32,000 bases of DNA from Nonlabens ponticola (GTDB lineage Bacteria > Bacteroidota > Bacteroidia > Flavobacteriales > Flavobacteriaceae). The stretch lies in the NCBI RefSeq assembly GCF_003966335.1, contig NZ_CP034549.1:480001-512000 (forward strand). Reading direction: 5' to 3'. The notes beneath the pieces were generated by a model, which saw only the letters and a program-made list of their open reading frames with translations, had not been told where the DNA came from and searched no databases. Position numbers and translations under genes: made by a program. Of this stretch, positions 1-8,937 are shown piece after piece (positions within the stretch are counted from its first letter, which is position 1; each line of letters begins with the position of its first letter).

Positions 1-965
1 ATTTCTGGCAACTGCATGAGCTGCAGATTACCTGTTCCTTCTACCACGACTGTTGCATTAAGGCTTTCACCAGCTTCCAACTGTGATCTGGTAACATCTA
101 CATTAAAATCAAACTGACCTACCGCACCTGTAAAACTCGCTGGCCTGCCATCTTGTGGTAAATCCTTTACATTAAGTGTTCTAGCACCAGCCGTGACACG
201 TAATTTTTCAAGAACATTTTGTTGACGGCCAAAGAAACTGCGCCTACCTGAAGGCACTAGCACATTCACATCCATCACCAGTGGTTCCATGGTCACGCGA
301 CCCGTTTTCTGCGGATATAAAATGGCATCACGTAATACAAGATATCGGTAAGGCTCGCCCTTGTAGGTGCCATCACGTACAGGTTCATCGCGTCTATCCT
401 TAGTCAATGACCAGAAGTCTTCATATTTAGGCGTCTCGACATCTGTCCAGCCGCGTATGCCAGTATTGTTTGAGACATATAATTTATAAACGACCCGTAT
501 GGCTTCATTGAGGTAAGGTGATGCGTTAGAAACCTCAGCGACTAGATGGACATTGAGTTCTGGTAGCGGTTGCTGGCTGTCCATTTCTCGCGGTCGCTCA
601 ATAGCTTTGGTCACCTGAATATTGAAAGGATCTGACGTATAAGTTGTGCCTTGATAATCCATGGTAGCACTACCTATGGTCTTAGTACCTGTGCTTTCTG
701 GCGCTAATATGTAAGTATAGGTTTTGGCAAACGAACCTACTCCATTGATATATCGCTGTGAGACGCCAGTCACTGGTCCAGTTGCTACTTTAAAACCTCT
801 AAAATCTGGTGGTGTAAAATTGTCACCATCAGCATTCATCTTGAATTCTACTCGCAGCCGTTCATTGAGTGCGATGTTATCTCGTGTTGCGGTTGCTGTA
901 AACGTTGTTTGCGCAGCGGCCACCGCTGCACTCATCCATAAAAACAAAAAAAGCAGTTGTTTCAT
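1..965 (-). CDS. batD: BatD-like oxygen-tolerance protein, N-terminal ~321 aa (C-terminus lies beyond the window start)
   Basis: This ORF is not in the supplied track because it runs off the window edge. A manual reverse-strand translation from the ATG at 965..963 gives MKQLLFLFLWMSAAVAAAQTTFTATATRDNIALNERLRVEFKMNADGDNF... and stays open to position 1. It has a signal peptide. Its start overlaps the batC stop (TAATG). Its position after batA-batB-batC matches the Bacteroides Bat operon order. Confidence 0.8.
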   Translation of the reverse strand, partial: MKQLLFLFLWMSAAVAAAQTTFTATATRDNIALNERLRVEFKMNADGDNFTPPDFRGFKVATGPVTGVSQRYINGVGSFAKTYTYILAPESTGTKTIGSATMDYQGTTYTSDPFNIQVTKAIERPREMDSQQPLPELNVHLVAEVSNASPYLNEAIRVVYKLYVSNNTGIRGWTDVETPKYEDFWSLTKDRRDEPVRDGTYKGEPYRYLVLRDAILYPQKTGRVTMEPLVMDVNVLVPSGRRSFFGRQQNVLEKLRVTAGARTLNVKDLPQDGRPASFTGAVGQFDFNVDVTRSQLEAGESLNATVVVEGTGNLQLMQLPE

Positions 966-1807
966 TACCAATCTTTCTCTGTGCGCACGCCCTTGCCTTT
1001 TTGCTTGCGTGCATTGATTTTATCTTGAATTTTCTGTTCCTCGTTATTCATGGCCTCTAGGATCTGGCGTATTTGCTGCGGTGTCATCTGACCTTCTTGA
1101 CGTGGTCGCTGTTCGTTGCCGCCTTGCTCTTTAGGTTTGCCATCACCGTTGTCACCTTCGCTATTCTCGCCTTTGTCGTTCTCCTTTTCCTTGCCGTCAT
1201 CGCCTTCTTTATCATCACCATCTTTCTCTTTGTCACCATCTCCTTTACCATCAGAATTTTCATCTTGGTCGCCTTCCTTGTTCTGATTCTCGTCCTTGTT
1301 GTCGCCTTGCTCTGGCTGGTCTTTATCATTACCGCCACCACCGCCTTGATTCTCTTCTTCTTGCTTGGCAAGTGCTAGGTTGTATCGCGTCTCATCATCG
1401 GTTGGATCGTTGCGCAGTGCATTTTTGTAGGCCTCAACCGCTTCTACATACTGCTTGTTTTCCATAAAGGTGTTACCCAGATTATGGAAGATTTTATGCT
1501 TTTCTTCTTTAGTTTTAGCGCTCAATGCAGCGTCTCTATAATTCTCCACAGCACTGTAGCCTTTCTTATTGTTATAGTAAACGTTCCCTAGATTATAGCT
1601 AGCCTCAGCACTTGACGGATTGATAGCTTTAGCTTTTCTATAGGCTGCTTCAGCTTCCACAAAGTCGCTGCTTTGAGCTGCAGACTGACCATTGGCCATT
1701 GCGGTCTCATAATCTTGTTGTTGGACTTCTGATAATTGCGCTTTCGCGAAAGCGGAACACATCAAAACCAAAACCAAAGCAACTATGTTTTTCATGTACC
1801 TATTCAT
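965..1807 (-). CDS. batC: BatC-like TPR protein with an acidic low-complexity C-terminal half
   Basis: 280-aa ORF with a signal-peptide-like N-terminus and TPR-like repeats (AEASYNLGNVYY, YVEAVEAYKNALRNDP). An ~80-aa G/D/E/K/N-rich tract follows. It overlaps the batB stop by 8 nt. An alternative ATG lies at 1795. Confidence 0.8.
   Translation of the reverse strand: MNRYMKNIVALVLVLMCSAFAKAQLSEVQQQDYETAMANGQSAAQSSDFVEAEAAYRKAKAINPSSAEASYNLGNVYYNNKKGYSAVENYRDAALSAKTKEEKHKIFHNLGNTFMENKQYVEAVEAYKNALRNDPTDDETRYNLALAKQEEENQGGGGGNDKDQPEQGDNKDENQNKEGDQDENSDGKGDGDKEKDGDDKEGDDGKEKENDKGENSEGDNGDGKPKEQGGNEQRPRQEGQMTPQQIRQILEAMNNEEQKIQDKINARKQKGKGVRTEKDW
1739..1754. repeat. CGCTTTCGCGAAAGCG palindromic element inside batC (encodes SAFAKA in the signal peptide)
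   Basis: Exact 16-mer palindrome within the CDS. Confidence 0.9.
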
Positions 1808-2828
1808 TGAACAAGTTTAATTTCTTGATCCACGGCGTCTTGCGATTGCTATAGAAAATTTCTAATATCAAAAACAGCAATCCTAATGCCAAAAACCACT
1901 GGTACTGTGAGGCAAAGTCTGCATATTGCTGTGAGTCAAAAGCGACCTTGTCCACGCCAGAAAGCTCGTCCTGTAGCTCTTCAATGGCATTTGCCGTGAT
2001 GGTGCCGTCTATGTAAGTGCCGTTTCCAGCTTCGGCGATTTCTGACAAAGTTTCAGTATTGAGTTTTGTAATGACGGTATTGCCGTCACGATCTTTTTTA
2101 AAGGATTGCGTGATACCACGACGTTTGATAGGAATGGTGCCACCTTTTTCAGTCCCAACGCCTATGGTAATGATGCGTACGCCGTTATCGGCAGCATCTT
2201 CTGCCATGCTGATGGCTTCGCCTTCATGATCTTCTCCATCGCTGATGATGACCAATACTTTTGAGGCTTCAGATTCTTCTTGATAATAACTTTCTGCCAG
2301 CTGGATGGCTTCTGCGATGGCGGTTCCTTGACTGGAAATAAGATCTGTGTTGAGTGCCTGCAAGAACATTTTGGCACTGCTGTAGTCTGTAGTGATGGGC
2401 AACTGCGGTACGGCGCTACCTGCATAAGCAATCAAACCAACTCTATCGCTGCCTAAATTATTGATAATTTGTGTGACCAGCTGCTGTGATTTTTGCAGTC
2501 GGTTGGGTGCAATGTCTTCAGCCAGCATGGATTTGGAAACGTCCACTGCAAAAACGATGTCCACGCCTTCACGATTGACGGTTTGCACCTTAGTTCCTGC
2601 TTTGAGATTGACCAACGCCAAAACAATGAACACAATACTCACGCATATCGTGACCAGTTTCAACACGGGTTTGAACCAAGATCTATCTGGAATCAAGTGA
2701 TCCAGCATGGCTTGCTGGGCAAACTTGCGCTGTGCACGCACTTTCCAAAACGACAAGCCTAGAAAGAGCAATACCAAAACAGGTATGATCAACAGTAACC
2801 AGAAGTATATTTTTTGTTCTAGGATCAT
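1800..2828 (-). CDS. batB: BatB-like von Willebrand factor A (VWA) membrane protein
   Basis: 342-aa ORF with an N-terminal TM helix pair, a MIDAS motif DVSKSM (DxSxS) and a C-terminal TM segment. It is tightly packed against batA and batC. Confidence 0.85.
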   Translation of the reverse strand: MILEQKIYFWLLLIIPVLVLLFLGLSFWKVRAQRKFAQQAMLDHLIPDRSWFKPVLKLVTICVSIVFIVLALVNLKAGTKVQTVNREGVDIVFAVDVSKSMLAEDIAPNRLQKSQQLVTQIINNLGSDRVGLIAYAGSAVPQLPITTDYSSAKMFLQALNTDLISSQGTAIAEAIQLAESYYQEESEASKVLVIISDGEDHEGEAISMAEDAADNGVRIITIGVGTEKGGTIPIKRRGITQSFKKDRDGNTVITKLNTETLSEIAEAGNGTYIDGTITANAIEELQDELSGVDKVAFDSQQYADFASQYQWFLALGLLFLILEIFYSNRKTPWIKKLNLFNE

Positions 2829-2829
2829 A

Positions 2830-3843
2830 TCACGCAGCAGTTCTAAATAATGTATACCTCAATAACATCTCCATACTCAACAATGCCAAGGCTAGCAAAA
2901 CTAGCGGTCTAAATTTTTCTTGAACATCTGTGAACTTAAATTCTTCCACTTCGGTTTTTTCTAGTTGATCAATTTCTTGATAAATCTGGGCCAGCTTTTT
3001 ATTGTTGGTCGCACGATAATAGGTACCACCTGTAGATGATGCAATTTCTTTCATTAATTGCTCGTCGATCTCAACTGGCGTCAATGCAAATCTAAAGCTA
3101 CCATCAGCCTTGATGGAAACTGGTGAATAAGCGTTCCCGTTTGTGCCAATTCCTATCGTATAAACTTTAATGCCGTATTCCACCGCAAGCTCAGATGCTA
3201 TTTTAGGATCTATAAATCCAGAATTGTTCACACCATCAGTCATCAAGATAATGACTTTACTTTCTGACTCGCTTTCTTTAAGTCGGTTTACTGCGGTTGC
3301 CAGACCCATGCCTATGGCTGTACCATTTTGTAATACGTTATCGTACTCAATATCTTCAACAGCTCTCACCGTGATACTTTGATCTGTAGTGATTGGTGTT
3401 TTGGTGTAACTCTCACCTGCATAAACAACCACGCCAATGCGATCTGTAGGTCGGCCTTTGATGAAATCCAGCGCTACTTCTTTAGTCGCTTCCAGTCGGT
3501 CTGGTTTGAGATCTTTGGCAAGCATACTAGCACTCACGTCAATGGCGAGAACGATGTCGATACCTTCGGTAGTGCTGACTTTTGTGGTGGTGTCTGTCGT
3601 TTGCGGTCGTGCCATGGCAACAATTAACAACGCAATAGCCAGTAATCGCAACACATATAACAGCGGTCTAAGTCTGGCCAGCCACGAAGTGCCCGATTCA
3701 AAACCTTGCAAACTAGAAATCTTAACAGTAGCGTTGTCTTGCCTGCCTTGCCACCAGTAATACGCGGCCAGGAATGGTATGATCAACAACAACCAGAACC
3801 ACTGCGGATTCAAAAACTCTACCCTATTCCACCACTGTATCAT
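2830..3843 (-). CDS. batA: BatA-like VWA membrane protein
   Basis: 337-aa ORF with N-terminal TM helices, a MIDAS motif DVSASM and a C-terminal TM segment. It overlaps the upstream ORF by 4 nt. Confidence 0.85.
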   Translation of the reverse strand: MIQWWNRVEFLNPQWFWLLLIIPFLAAYYWWQGRQDNATVKISSLQGFESGTSWLARLRPLLYVLRLLAIALLIVAMARPQTTDTTTKVSTTEGIDIVLAIDVSASMLAKDLKPDRLEATKEVALDFIKGRPTDRIGVVVYAGESYTKTPITTDQSITVRAVEDIEYDNVLQNGTAIGMGLATAVNRLKESESESKVIILMTDGVNNSGFIDPKIASELAVEYGIKVYTIGIGTNGNAYSPVSIKADGSFRFALTPVEIDEQLMKEIASSTGGTYYRATNNKKLAQIYQEIDQLEKTEVEEFKFTDVQEKFRPLVLLALALLSMEMLLRYTLFRTAA

Positions 3844-5474
3844 TGCTGCTGGTCGTTTTTAGGTTGCGGTTTTTTAAGCTCTATGCTGTTGACAATTTGT
3901 TCTCTCAATAATCTACCGTATTCTTTGTCTTCCTCATCATTGTTAGTCTTGAGGTTTCCTATCCAGACTTGCTGTACGGCAGCGCCTTGAATGTACAGAT
4001 ATACTACATACTCAAAGGCTTGCTCGTCATATTCATAAGTCCCTTCGAGTTTCAGGCCTTTGAAACCTTGCAGCTCTGCTGGCTCGTCCAGCATCACGAT
4101 GTTTGTCGCGCCTTGTTCTTCCAGACTGGTGTAAATAGGCTCTGTAAATAATTCGGCAGGAATTTCCTCATCGGCAGCTGGTCCTTGACCTTTAAACTGC
4201 ATGGTCATCAAGATGACGTACAAATCGCTGTCCATGTCATTGAGACTGAACATATCAATGTTAGATGTTGCTAATGCCAGCTGTCCACCTACTGGTTTGT
4301 CCAGTCTGCGCTTTAATATTTCTGGTGTGGTAAGTGTGATACTAGGCGTCCCATAACTACTGGTATATCGAGGTCCATCATAATATTCACGCAGTTCATT
4401 ACCAAACAGCTGATCCTTAAAATTATCATAGCCTACCACGGCAATCCAAGTTCCTATTGCCACAGCAATTGCCAAAATTGTCGCGCCTATATACAGCGCT
4501 ATTTTCTTAATCTTGTTCTTGCGGTCTTGCTTGCGTCTGTATTCTACATCTAGCTGCAGCTCATCTTCAGATGGTGGTGGCAACACTTGGTGAATATTAT
4601 AAATGATATCGTGCGCTGCGCCGCGATCTTCTTTGGCACTAATTGCATCACCACTCATGCCTGCAAACTTGATCAAGTCGGCTTTTTTCAAGAGTTGCTC
4701 CAGTCGTGCCAGTGTTTTATCTGTAAGCGATACATCTCTAGCCGCAGTCTCTTGTTTCAGATTTTCCAGCAGCTCGTCGGTTGTATTTTCAAGTGCGTGA
4801 TCATAGACTTTTTGATCTATGTAGCGACGCAAGATGTACGTGAGTTCTGTGTAATATTCTTTCCAGGCACCGTTTTGGGCGAGTTTGCTCTCTTCCAGCA
4901 GTTTCAAGCGGTATTTTGCCCACTCAAATGGTGGTAGCGTGTCCTCATACATTTTACGAGTACGCTTTCGCGAAAGCAAAACAAAAACAATCCCTAATGG
5001 AATCCACAAGAGCAGCCACAAGAGTCCAGCCCAGTTGAATGGTTTGGGGTAATCGTTCTCAATGTCTGCCTTGATCGGGAACATTTTTTGCACCGTAGTG
5101 TCGGCTTTTACCTCGCGCACTTTTACCATCAAACTATCGCTGTAGATCGAGGCATTGTTCTTAATCACTTTTAAGGCTGGTATGCGGTAATCGCCAGAAT
5201 CCCATTGCGTGAGACCGTATTTTTTGAAGAGCGTGATGTTGTCGTTTTCCCTGATCGTATCTACTGGATAGGATTCTATGACCTCGAGCGGCCCAACGTT
5301 TTGCTGAATAGGAAAAATGACCAAGTCATCCTTAGTCACTGGAACAGCCAGTTGCAGCAAGATTTCCTCGCCCATCATGATGCTGTCTCGATCCACGCTA
5401 GTCTGTACAGCTGTGGATTGTGCGCCTGCGGTGGTTGATATCAATGCTATGAAAATGAATAACAATTTTCTCAT
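3840..5474 (-). CDS. Bat-operon-associated membrane protein of unknown function (signal peptide plus internal TM helices)
   Basis: 544-aa ORF that begins MRKLLFIFIALISTTAGAQ. It has TM segments around WAGLLWLLLWIPLGIVFVLL and IALYIGATILAIAVAIGTWIAVV. It is translationally coupled (4-nt overlaps) to DUF58 upstream and batA downstream. Confidence 0.6.
   Translation of the reverse strand: MRKLLFIFIALISTTAGAQSTAVQTSVDRDSIMMGEEILLQLAVPVTKDDLVIFPIQQNVGPLEVIESYPVDTIRENDNITLFKKYGLTQWDSGDYRIPALKVIKNNASIYSDSLMVKVREVKADTTVQKMFPIKADIENDYPKPFNWAGLLWLLLWIPLGIVFVLLSRKRTRKMYEDTLPPFEWAKYRLKLLEESKLAQNGAWKEYYTELTYILRRYIDQKVYDHALENTTDELLENLKQETAARDVSLTDKTLARLEQLLKKADLIKFAGMSGDAISAKEDRGAAHDIIYNIHQVLPPPSEDELQLDVEYRRKQDRKNKIKKIALYIGATILAIAVAIGTWIAVVGYDNFKDQLFGNELREYYDGPRYTSSYGTPSITLTTPEILKRRLDKPVGGQLALATSNIDMFSLNDMDSDLYVILMTMQFKGQGPAADEEIPAELFTEPIYTSLEEQGATNIVMLDEPAELQGFKGLKLEGTYEYDEQAFEYVVYLYIQGAAVQQVWIGNLKTNNDEEDKEYGRLLREQIVNSIELKKPQPKNDQQQ
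4964..4977. repeat. GCTTTCGCGAAAGC palindromic element inside the 3840..5474 CDS (encodes LSRK after a TM helix)
   Basis: Exact 14-mer within the CDS. Confidence 0.9.
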
Positions 5475-6334
5475 CTGCGCTTGAAGTATCCTAAAAGTTT
5501 AGTGGTGTAATTCTCTCTCGTTTCCAGATCGATGGCGCCAGCATCTGCCTTGGTAAAGCTATTCTTGAAGTAAGCAGCGTTTTCTTTGTGAAAGGCGGCA
5601 TACTTAGTTCTCACGCTGCGCGAGCTGGTATTAATGATGCGTTGCTTGCCTGTTTCTTGATCCTTAAATGGCACTAATCCCATGCTGGGCAATTCCTGCT
5701 CTCGCTGGTCATACACGCGCACGCCAGTGACATCGTGCTTGCGACCTATGACTTGCAATGGCTTTTGATAATCGCTGGTCATGAAATCTGACATCACAAA
5801 AACAATAGCTTTTTTCTTGAGCACGCCACCTAGATATTCTAGTGCGTTACCCAAGTTAGTGGTCTTGTTGGATGGTTCAAATTCCAACAGCTCACGAATG
5901 ATGCGCAAGATGTGAAACTTACCTTTTTTAGGCGGTACAAATAATTCTACCTGATCTGAAAAGAGCAGCAAGCCTACCTTATCATTATTCTGCAAAGCGC
6001 TGAATGCCAGCGTTGCGCTGATTTCGGTAATGATCTCACGTTTGAGCTGGTCTTGGGTTCCAAAAAGGGTACTGCCGCTGACATCTGCCACCAGCATGAG
6101 TGTGAGCTCACGTTCTTCTTCAAAAACTTTGACAAACGGCTCTCTAAATCTAGCGGTAACATTCCAATCGATATTGCGCACATCATCGCCGTATTGATAT
6201 TGGCGCACCTCACTAAAAGTCATACCACGACCCTTAAAGGCGCTGTGGTACTCACCTCCAAAAACGGCATCGCTCAACCGCCGAGTCTTGATCTCGATCT
6301 TGCGTACTTTTTTAAGGAGTTCTTTTGTGTCCAA
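5471..6334 (-). CDS. DUF58 domain protein (MoxR-associated, VWA-like)
   Basis: 287-aa ORF with the DUF58-type motif YGDDVRNIDWNVTAR. It lies downstream of the moxR-type ATPase, the canonical MoxR-DUF58-VWA arrangement. Confidence 0.85.
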   Translation of the reverse strand: MDTKELLKKVRKIEIKTRRLSDAVFGGEYHSAFKGRGMTFSEVRQYQYGDDVRNIDWNVTARFREPFVKVFEEERELTLMLVADVSGSTLFGTQDQLKREIITEISATLAFSALQNNDKVGLLLFSDQVELFVPPKKGKFHILRIIRELLEFEPSNKTTNLGNALEYLGGVLKKKAIVFVMSDFMTSDYQKPLQVIGRKHDVTGVRVYDQREQELPSMGLVPFKDQETGKQRIINTSSRSVRTKYAAFHKENAAYFKNSFTKADAGAIDLETRENYTTKLLGYFKRR

Positions 6335-6346
6335 TTTTTTAATCAG

Positions 6347-6375
6347 TTAATGTGGTAATGGGTTAATGTGCTAAT
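6347..6375. repeat. left arm of the 29-bp imperfect inverted repeat flanking the four-helix-bundle gene
   Basis: TTAATGTGGTAATGGGTTAATGTGCTAAT. The reverse complement of 6777..6805 matches at 26/29 positions, with the innermost 14 nt identical. Confidence 0.85.
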
Positions 6376-6734
6376 TACTTTATTGGCGTATTTCTTTTAG
6401 TTGATGCGATTATAGATGATAACAATTTTGCTATTGACGTTCTTTTCTCAAATAATAATTCTGGCGGTGTTGGTAAATGTTGAGACGTTTTACACAGTTG
6501 TAACCAGTAATCTGTTTCAAGACATTCTTTAGAGGCTATCTTTAATTTATGGACAAAATCATTTCTGCTTTCTGCACCTTGTGCTTCATGAATATTGGCT
6601 CCTATGCTTGTACCAGATCTAAATATTTGTGAGGAAAGCTCCCAATTCTTTTGTTCTTTCAATACTTGAACAAATTCAATAATCTCTAATGAAAACTGAA
6701 AACTCAGATCTACGATCGGATTCGTTTTAGACAT
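6375..6734 (-). CDS. four-helix-bundle protein (23S rRNA intervening-sequence protein / Avd-like family)
   Basis: 119-aa ORF. The motifs SIGANIHEAQGAES, FVHKLKIASKECLETDYWLQL match the family signature as I remember it (sIgaNiaEg, flhklkia.kE..Et.yWl). It is AT-rich relative to its neighbours and flanked by inverted repeats. Confidence 0.8.
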   Translation of the reverse strand: MSKTNPIVDLSFQFSLEIIEFVQVLKEQKNWELSSQIFRSGTSIGANIHEAQGAESRNDFVHKLKIASKECLETDYWLQLCKTSQHLPTPPELLFEKRTSIAKLLSSIIASTKRNTPIK

Positions 6735-6776
6735 TTTTAATTATTAAATCTTGGGAAGCAATTCAGAACAAAACAC

Positions 6777-6805
6777 ATTAGCACATTAACCAATTATCGC
6801 ATTAA
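6777..6805. repeat. right arm of the 29-bp imperfect inverted repeat flanking the four-helix-bundle gene
   Basis: ATTAGCACATTAACCAATTATCGCATTAA, which ends 1 nt before the moxR stop codon (6806..6808). Confidence 0.85.
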
Positions 6806-7810
6806 TTAAGGTACTTCAATCGTATTCACGATCTTATTCACGATATCTTCCGTGGTGTAACTTTCTGCCTCGGCTTCATAGGTGATTCCTATACGGTGAC
6901 GCAGGACGTCTAGCACTACCGCGCGCACATCTTCTGGCACGACATAACCGCGGCGCTTGATAAATGCATAGCATTTGGCGGCCTTGGCAAGGTTGATGGA
7001 TCCACGTGGTGATGCGCCAAAACTAATCAGCGGCTTCAAGTCGGCCAGGTTGTATTTTTCTGGGTAACGCGTCGCAAAAATGATGTCGAGAATGTACTTT
7101 TCAATCTTCTCATCCATATAAACCATCTCTACCGCATCTTGCGCACGCAGGATTTGCTCTGGCGTGATTACAGGATTAGGTTCTGGAAATTCCTTCTTGA
7201 GATTGGCGCGCATGATAAATTGCTCGTCTGCGATGGTAGGATAGTCGATGACTGTTTTTAACATAAAACGGTCCATTTGTGCCTCAGGTAACGGATAGGT
7301 TCCTTCTTGATCTACTGGATTTTGAGTGGCCATTACCAGAAATGGTTTCTCCAGTTTGAAAGTCGTGTCGCCTATGGTCACTTGCTTTTCCTGCATGGCT
7401 TCCAGCAGTGCAGATTGTACTTTGGCAGGCGCACGATTGATCTCATCTGCCAGGACAAAATTGGCAAAAATGGGTCCTTTGCGTATGGAAAAATCATTTT
7501 CCTTCATGTTGTAAATCAGCGTTCCTACGACATCTGCTGGCAGCAGGTCTGGTGTAAACTGTATGCGCGAGAAACTACCTTGAACGGCTTTGGAAAGCGT
7601 GGTGATCGCCAGTGTTTTGGCAAGTCCAGGCACACCTTCTAGCAATATGTGACCGCGTCCTAGCAGTCCTATGAGCAATCGATCGATCATGTACTGTTGA
7701 CCCACGATTACCTTATTCATCTCACGTACCAGCTGATCTATAAACGCACTTTCAGCTTGCACCTTATCATTGATACTGGCCACATCTACGGCCGTATGTT
7801 CTTGATTCAT
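6806..7810 (-). CDS. moxR: MoxR-family AAA+ ATPase
   Basis: 334-aa ORF with Walker A GVPGLAKT and Walker B VLADEINRA. The overall MoxR-like sequence includes LLEAMQEKQVTI and ATQNPVDQEGTYPLPEAQMDRF. Confidence 0.95.
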   Translation of the reverse strand: MNQEHTAVDVASINDKVQAESAFIDQLVREMNKVIVGQQYMIDRLLIGLLGRGHILLEGVPGLAKTLAITTLSKAVQGSFSRIQFTPDLLPADVVGTLIYNMKENDFSIRKGPIFANFVLADEINRAPAKVQSALLEAMQEKQVTIGDTTFKLEKPFLVMATQNPVDQEGTYPLPEAQMDRFMLKTVIDYPTIADEQFIMRANLKKEFPEPNPVITPEQILRAQDAVEMVYMDEKIEKYILDIIFATRYPEKYNLADLKPLISFGASPRGSINLAKAAKCYAFIKRRGYVVPEDVRAVVLDVLRHRIGITYEAEAESYTTEDIVNKIVNTIEVP

Positions 7811-7884
7811 AAATAATGATTTTCGACTCTTTTCTTAACTCCTAAAAATAGCTTTTCTTGTTCCAGGCTTCCTTAATATCCTCT

Positions 7885-7892
7885 CAAAAATA
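7885..7892 (-). promoter_or_regulatory. candidate Bacteroidota -7 promoter box (TATTTTTG on the minus strand) for the moxR/Bat operon
   Basis: The plus-strand CAAAAATA is TAnnTTTG on the minus strand, 75-82 nt upstream of the moxR ATG. This is a motif match only. Confidence 0.3.
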
Positions 7893-8064
7893 AAAAGTAG
7901 CCGGTACACTGCAAACTGTCTATTTGTTGCAGTTGGTATAGGTTTGTTACGCTTTGCTCTTTACTCCATTAAAAACTTGGTTAAATAACTCATAGGCACA
8001 CTTGTCCACCTATTAATTATATTCTTTAAAGCACATATTTAACGATGCTGTTTTTTGGGATTAC

Positions 8065-8078
8065 GCTTTCGCGAAAGC
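8065..8078. repeat. GCTTTCGCGAAAGC palindromic element (intergenic copy)
   Basis: Exact 14-mer, in the context TTACGCTTTCGCGAAAGCAAAA. Confidence 0.9.
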
Positions 8079-8172
8079 AAAATTCTAACCCACATAAAGT
8101 AAGACACAAGCGCAGGCAAAAGGTTTAAAATTCCTGCAAGTAGGCTGCGGTGCATCACACCAAGATTCTGAC

Positions 8173-8180
8173 TACCTTTG
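8173..8180 (+). promoter_or_regulatory. candidate -7 promoter box TACCTTTG placed 4 nt upstream of the ATG (leaderless-type)
   Basis: Matches TAnnTTTG, and only the 4 nt AGAT separate it from the ATG at 8185. Confidence 0.3.
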
Positions 8181-8184
8181 AGAT

Positions 8185-8937
8185 ATGGCAAAAACAGTAT
8201 TGATCACAGGCGCCACCAGCGGTATAGGACTCGCAACGGCACAACTACTAGCAAGTAATGATTACCGACTCATTTTATGCGGTCGCAACAGTGAAAAACT
8301 TGCGGAATTGCAAAATGAACTCGGCGAAAAGACAGACGTCACCACGCTGGAATTTGACGTGCGTGACAAGGATCGCGTCCATGAATTAATTCAAGGATTG
8401 CCAGCTGAATTCAGCCAGATTGATGTGCTTATCAATAACGCGGGAAATGCACATGGGCTGGATCCTATCGATAAGGGCAGTGTGGACGATTGGGACGCGA
8501 TGATGGATATCAATGTCAAGGGCTTGCTGTATGTAAGTCATGCGATCATACCGCAAATGCGCGAGCGTGAGTCTGGTCATATTATCAATATAGGCTCTAC
8601 CGCTGGTAAGGAAGTTTATCCCAATGGTAATGTGTACTGCGGTAGCAAACATGCCGTAGATGCCATCACGACTGGTATGCGTCTAGATTTGAATCCGTAC
8701 AAAATCAAGGTAGGTGCGGTAAATCCTGGACTGGTAGAAACCAATTTTAGCAAGGTGCGTTTTAAGGGCGATACCGATAGAGCCGACAAAGTATATCAAG
8801 GCTACAAAGCCCTGCAACCAGAAGACATTGCAGATGTCATTCTATTTGCCCTTACCAGACCTGCACACGTCAACATTGCAGACCTGACCATGATGTGTAC
8901 AGCACAGGCTAGTAGTACAGTGTTGAATAAGGGATAG
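8185..8937 (+). CDS. SDR-family NAD(P)-dependent oxidoreductase (YdfG/serine dehydrogenase-like)
   Basis: 250-aa ORF with the cofactor motif TGATSGIG, NNAG, and catalytic S...YCGSK. Confidence 0.9.
   Translation: MAKTVLITGATSGIGLATAQLLASNDYRLILCGRNSEKLAELQNELGEKTDVTTLEFDVRDKDRVHELIQGLPAEFSQIDVLINNAGNAHGLDPIDKGSVDDWDAMMDINVKGLLYVSHAIIPQMRERESGHIINIGSTAGKEVYPNGNVYCGSKHAVDAITTGMRLDLNPYKIKVGAVNPGLVETNFSKVRFKGDTDRADKVYQGYKALQPEDIADVILFALTRPAHVNIADLTMMCTAQASSTVLNKG

Noticed and set aside
724-1017. 97-aa + strand ORF spanning the batD/batC junction.
   Set aside because: It is antisense to the well-supported batD N-terminus and batC C-terminus and has no recognisable features.
1073-1378. ORFs 1073..1378 (+) and 1084..1371 (-) of ~100 aa.
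   Set aside because: Both lie entirely within the repetitive acidic tract of batC. The + strand product is a monotonous hydrophobic string, and the - strand one is an alternative frame of the same repeats. They are compositional artefacts.
2017-2762. Multiple 60-90-aa ORFs on both strands inside batB, and similar ORFs inside batA, sdhA, the Asp-box gene and others.
   Set aside because: All are nested within longer ORFs that carry clear domain motifs. They have no start context or motifs of their own.
7905-7935. ACTGCAA...TTGCAGT hairpin in the moxR/SDR divergent intergenic region.
   Set aside because: It is a 7-bp stem with a 12-nt loop and no associated motif, which is within chance expectation for a 374-bp AT-rich spacer.
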